Shown in pieces: positions 59,197 to 64,000 of a stretch of DNA of 64,000 bases. Each line of letters starts with the position of its first letter. The stretch's first letter is position 1. The stretch is from Podarcis erhardii (taxonomy: Eukaryota): the NCBI GenBank assembly GCA_964252035.1, contig OZ176209.1. One strand, 5' to 3'. The position numbers and the translations under genes were made by a program. The notes below the pieces were generated by a model. That model saw nothing but the letters and a program-made list of their open reading frames with translations, was not told the origin of the DNA and searched no databases.

Positions 59197-59358
59197 AGGC
59201 TGTGTGCACATCATTCATTAAAAATACATTTAAAGCATGTGTGCGGGCACACACAAATAAATAAATCCAGGGAACTGTAGTTTACCCCTCACAAAGCTAC
59301 AGTTCCCAGCACCTACAGTCCCCTAGAATTATTTGGGGTAATATGTTTTAAAGGTACA
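59197..59358. mobile_element. Short palindromic MITE
   Basis: GGGAACTGTAGTTT / AGCTACAGTTCCC internal inverted repeat; same family as 28866. Confidence 0.55.
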
Positions 59359-59435
59359 TAGCTTCTGTCTTGCTCCCAAGTCATTATCTGCAGGGTAGTC
59401 TGACACAGCTTTCCAGCAAGGACTTCAAGTGGTAA

Positions 59436-59644
59436 ATGTGGAGAGACTATTTCAGCTTTGAGGGGTGAGAATTGTTTCTGATACTTATGAAAGTCAGCAT
59501 AAATTTATGGTCTCAGGACTTGATATACTTTGCGGGAATGGAAGGTATAGTGGTGGGAAAGGACAGACATTGTATGAAGATGTGCTGAGTTATTTTAAGA
59601 GTAATTCCAATGCTCTTGATGGAGTTGCTCTGCCTGTCACAGGT
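59436..59644 (+). pseudogene. Possible endogenous retrovirus Gag capsid relic
   Basis: In-frame MWRDYF...*...DILCGNGRYSGGKGQTLYE...LPVTG resembles, from memory, the betaretroviral CA pattern W...DxLxGxGxYSxxxxQxxY...LPVxG; unverified. Confidence 0.35.
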
Positions 59645-59959
59645 AGCATGGTGTTCATAGTGTTCTAGAGCCAGGATGTTATCCCATATCCTGCTTTGCT
59701 GCTGGATAAACAGGAAGTACAACTGGTCACTTTCTTACATTAAAAATAAATAATTTTTATAAATTAAAAATGATTTATAATTGTTCTTTACAGAAAAATA
59801 AATTTATACGCACATTACTATTACACTATATGTAACAAAACAATAATGATTCATTGGTTCATAATATTCCACCACAAATGCTATAAATAAAATTAGATTT
59901 TCTTCATTCACAACACAAGGTCAGTAGGACCTTTTATCAGCTCTTTCTTTTGTTGCAAA

Positions 59960-60560
59960 GTCTGCACCCCATTTTGAACACAAAGGCTCCTGCTACACTT
60001 ATCCATGCTTTTATAACTTCTATAATTGACTGCTGTACTGTGTTCTATTTGGTGTTGTCATTGGTGATAACTCAGAAGGTAGAGCAGGTTGCCATGGCTC
60101 ATCTCCTGGAAAATTCTGGGAAACAAAAGTGTATTCTCTTTTTGGCACCCACACTGGCTGTAAACCCACCTGTAAACTCCAAGCCCAGTTTAAGATTCTA
60201 GTGCTTGCCTTTGAGCCTTTTATGATCTGGAACAAAAATGCATCTCAGAGCATTTCTGCCTCTTCATGCCTCAGCACCAATTGCAGTCATTAGACTGGGG
60301 CCTGCTCTGTATATTCTCATTATGTGAGGTAAAAATGTCATTGCTTTGGAATGATGTCCGTAGTGAAGTCAACCATTGTTTTCTCTCATCATGCCCTTTC
60401 AAGAGGGTTGTCTAATCTAGCTGTTTTGGAAGGCTTCTGAGCTGTCAATTTGATTACAAACTGTTTTGATGATGCTCAGCTGCCATTTTTAATGGTTCTG
60501 TTTTAATTAATTAATTGTTGTTCATTGTAATTATCATTGTAATTATCATTATCACATCAA
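59960..60560 (+). mobile_element. Old L2 3' fragment
   Basis: LIHAFITSIIDCC...QKVEQVA matches the L2 ORF2 end motif (HAL.TSRLDYCN...KLQ.VQN). Confidence 0.6.
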
Positions 60561-60738
60561 AACATAAAGAATAGTGTTAATAATTTGTAATTAATTGCCT
60601 TGCATAACCTGCTTGGAGTGAGGGGAAACCAATACAGAAATATTTTAAATAGATAGTGAACAAACAACTGTAAGGTTACCTTCCCCCCGCCGCCCCCCGT
60701 ACCCAGCATTTAAATGAATATGAAGGTCTACTTTAAGG

Positions 60739-60845
60739 CAGGGATGGGGAAAGCCTTAGGCCCTCCAGATGTTCTTAGACTCCAACCTCCATTGTTCTCA
60801 TCCATCATAGTCAATGGTCAGCACTGATGAGTACTGCAGCTTGTG
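60739..60845. mobile_element. Truncated hAT MITE
   Basis: CAGGGATGGGGAA...GGCCCTCCAGATGTTC. Confidence 0.55.
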
Positions 60846-60849
60846 TGAA

Positions 60850-60889
60850 GGTATCTGAAGAAGTGTGCATGCACACGAAAGCTTATACC
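60850..60889 (+). ncRNA. Minimal type I hammerhead ribozyme
   Basis: GGTAT CTGAAGA A GTGTGCATGCACAC GAA AGCT T ATACC; differs from the 11591 copy only at the cleavage nucleotide (C to T). Confidence 0.78.
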
Positions 60890-60945
60890 CAGAACAAACT
60901 TAGTTGGTCTCTAAGGTGCTACTGGACAATTTTTTTATTTTATTT
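60850..60945 (+). mobile_element. Penelope-like terminal fragment
   Basis: Homologous to 11591-11687. Confidence 0.8.
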
Positions 60946-61803
60946 ATTTTGCCCACAAGCACTGGTTTTGCTCCAGTTCCAGTCTTTGAGGGATACTTCC
61001 ATACTGGACACTTCATATCGAATTGCCAACACCATTGCCACTTTTTATGGTGATCCACCCCACCCATCAAGCTTAACACATGTTCCTTATGCTTCAGTAG
61101 GAAGATTATCCTACACTGGTCCATCACTCAAACCTTAGGAACCATAAAGAGAGATGAATAGGATAAAAGGCAGCGGAGTGAGGATTGTTTGTGGACTTAT
61201 TTCCACAAGGATCATAAGAGATTCTGCAAAGTCTTCTCCAACTTAGTATAATCTCTTACCCAGTCTTTGCTGTCAAATATACAATAATCTGGTGTGTTTT
61301 CTCCCTTAGGTATCACATGTCTAATGGGACCATTTTCCCTTGAGAACCTCCATCGTGTATGAAGTTTAATAACAGATGAACAACAATTTGGATTTGGTTT
61401 CTTGTTGTTTTCTCCTCACATTTACCCAGCATACACAGCTCTGTACATATTTTAAATACCTTTCAGCGCCATTTAGTTAGCTAGGTTGCCACTTCTTTGG
61501 AGTATCTGAATGGGGTTTTTTTTCCCCTTCAAGATACAGCCTCTAAAATTATGCAGTCCAGGCTGCTTATATTGTGACTACAGCCAAGCGCTACTTAGAT
61601 CCAGCCAGTGCCTTGTGTCTGATTCTGCTGGCACTTGTGCAGACCATTACAAAACCCCATCTGTTCCTTAAAACGATCAAGTTCTCATTCTTTCATCTCA
61701 TGTAAGCACATTGTGAAGAACTTGCTGGCAACAAAATAAGCTATCTATCTCTAACCCATTTGCTCTTGAATCATAGCTTCAGTTCTTTGGGTAGGCTTCT
61801 CAT

Positions 61804-61976
61804 TGTTGTTGTTTAGTCGTTTAGTCGTGTCCGACTCTTCATGACCCCATGGACCAGACCATGCCAGGCACTCCTGTCTTCCACTGCCCCCCGCAGTGTG
61901 GTCAGACTGGTCAGACTGGTAGCTTTGAGAACACTATCCAACCATCTCGTCCTCTGTCTTCCCCTTCTCCTTGTAT
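61804..61976 (-). mobile_element. Bov-B LINE 3' fragment
   Basis: (TTG)n tail followed by TTTAGTCGTGTCCGACTC; 9-bp TSD GCTTCTCAT (61795-61803 and 61977-61985). Confidence 0.9.
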
Positions 61977-62094
61977 GCTTCTCATACATCTCTGATATAT
62001 GTAATAGCATGGTTTTAACCCTGCATTCACATCAGATATTTTTCTGGGGTATGAGTAAAATGAGCTCTTCTAAAAGAGAGCTTCAAATGCCCTG

Positions 62095-62360
62095 CCCACC
62101 GCTGCAGCTCATGCACTCTAAACTAGATTACTGCAATGCAATCTTTGTGGGGCTGCCCCTGGGCCTGGTCTGGAGCAGGGAGCAGGTCTTCTAGGACTCA
62201 CAGGCAAGATGGTCTCTGGGCTCTGCAGCAGCCTCAACTTTTTTTTTAGCTGCAGTATCAAACCCCAGTCCAAAGCATAGCTGCCTGAAAAGCTAGTCAA
62301 ATGGTGCATGCTGTGAGACTGAGTTAAAACATCAGCTTAGACATCCCTTCTGATTGCCTA
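62095..62360 (+). mobile_element. Degenerate L2 ORF2-end fragment
   Basis: Translation HSKLDYCNAIFVGLPLGLV. Confidence 0.6.
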
Positions 62361-63227
62361 TCTGCTGACATAGCAGATCTTAGGAAGATAAGTTGCTTCT
62401 TACATGAGAATAATTGTTTTTCATAGATGTTACTGCTTCTTCTTCGGATAGGCTGCTGCGTGGCGTTTTGTATTTGTGGTTTTCTCTATCTCTCAGATTT
62501 ATATCTTAACTTATTCTGTAGGCTATTCACATGTGCCCTAATATGCAGCATTTGCAAATTATCAGCTTCTCTTCATACTTCATTTGTAAGGACAAATAGG
62601 ATCTTTCTGGATGGGTAAATAATTGGAACTATTAATCTGTTTGTAATCCTTCCAGACATTCTGGGTCTTAGATGCCACTGGAGGATTCTTGCAGGATGCC
62701 TCTTTTGTTCACTGCTGCGCTCTGGAATATATAAACAACACGGTTTTCTTTCTTGGACAAAATCCACTGGGAATTGGTCTTATGGAGGCCCCACTGAAAT
62801 GAATGGATGTTGAACTAGAGTACTGTATACACACTGTTCATTTCCGAGAAGTTCACAGAAAAAAGGGGAATCTGTTTTGAACAAGTCGTTTTTTAAGCAC
62901 ATTCAATTCAATCAATATTTCCAGCACAGCCCTTAAACTCTCCACACAACCCCAGTTGCAATTACCAGTATATTTGGTATTTAATGCCAGCAATAGTGTG
63001 CTTGTATTTTACTTCCTTATTGTCTTGCACCAAATGGCAATAATCCTTTCTTTTGGCTGTGATCTTAAGCGTATTCCGTTACGAATTCTAACCACGCAGA
63101 GTAAATATGTTTAAGCTTTGGGGTAATGACAACACAAATAATTTTGTCATCTGATTGTGATATAGGAAGTAAAGGGCAACTGTTAAACTGAATTGTCTCA
63201 GGTGGCAGAAGGAGGGAATACATAGGG

Positions 63228-63841
63228 TAGTGTTTTTCAACCAGTGTGCCATGGCACCCTGGGGTGCCTTGAATAATGGTCAGGGGTGCTGCGGGCAACA
63301 CTGGCTTCTGTCCTTCTTTCCTTTCCTCCGTCCTTTTATGCCTTCTAGCATCTCTGCCTCCCAAAGGCTTGCACAGCTGTTTGTTGCAGCAGCCCTGGCT
63401 ACAAGCTCCCCAGGTGAATGGTGCCTCTGGGCTGGTCAGGGAGTGCTGGTTGCCAGAAGCTGAAGTGGCCTCAGAGTAAGCAAGCAAGCGGGCAAGGGAG
63501 CCCAGCCAGACACTCTGCCAGCCCTTGCTGTTGAGAATGAACAGATAAGTCCCAGGCCCCTGTGGGGCAGTGTGAGGAGGAACCTCTCTGTGGGGTGACA
63601 GGATGAAGCTCAGAGATCAGGAGTAGCAGCAGCTGTTGCCCAGAGGACTTCCAAGGAGAGAGGAGAGCAGAGGAGGCTGAGAGAACACTTCACAAGGGAG
63701 GGTGTTCAAGAAAGGGTTGAGAGGCTACCAGCTCTGTAGTAAAGGGGTGACATAACTGGGCTCCTGAGCCCCACAGGGGTGCCGCAGAAAGAATGTGGTT
63801 GGTCAAGGGAGCCGTGGATTCAAAAAGGTTGAAAACCTTTG
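63228..63841. mobile_element. hAT MITE (614 bp)
   Basis: TAGTGTTTTTCAACC / GGTTGAAAACCTTTG TIRs; perfect 8-bp TSD ACATAGGG (63220-63227 and 63842-63849). Confidence 0.9.
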
Positions 63842-64000
63842 ACATAGGGAGTTGTGGCATACACCACCCAAGCTAATCTAAAAACATAAAAACTTAAGAG
63901 CCCTGTTGAGTCTATGTCTTTCAATTTGGTTAAAAAAAAACTGTTCAAAAGCTTGCAGAATCATGCTTACAGTGCAGTAACCATACTTTCTTGCATATGA

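Overview
This is non-genic (intronic or intergenic) vertebrate DNA, very likely from a lacertid-type squamate lizard. The evidence is a Sauria SINE, Squam3-like SINEs with (CTT)n tails, Bov-B 3' ends, CR1/L2 fragments and reptile-type hAT and Tc1/mariner MITEs. No host protein-coding gene could be recognised, and almost all listed ORFs are spurious or TE-derived. The main content is a set of four L1-type insertions with long TSDs: (1) a 5'-truncated L1 with an open ORF2 C-terminal half (31520-33349); (2) a near full-length 1.83-kb ORF2-less element with one intact 216-aa ORF (43417-45249, minus); (3) a 5'-truncated relative of it (26818-28022); (4) a 1.2-kb non-coding element (920-2114). The two ORF2-less ORFs align with each other (13/35 and 10/24 identities in gapless blocks; both end RSPG-stop). 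They also share an 18-nt 3' UTR motif with the autonomous L1. Together this suggests a diversified, protein-coding, L1-dependent (HAL1-like) retroposon family. The window also holds a perfect 97-bp-arm Penelope-type inverted repeat carrying two minimal hammerhead ribozymes, a third hammerhead at 60850, two solo LTRs, a composite MITE, a possible ERV Gag relic and three candidate exons. Family names come from recall, not database searches.
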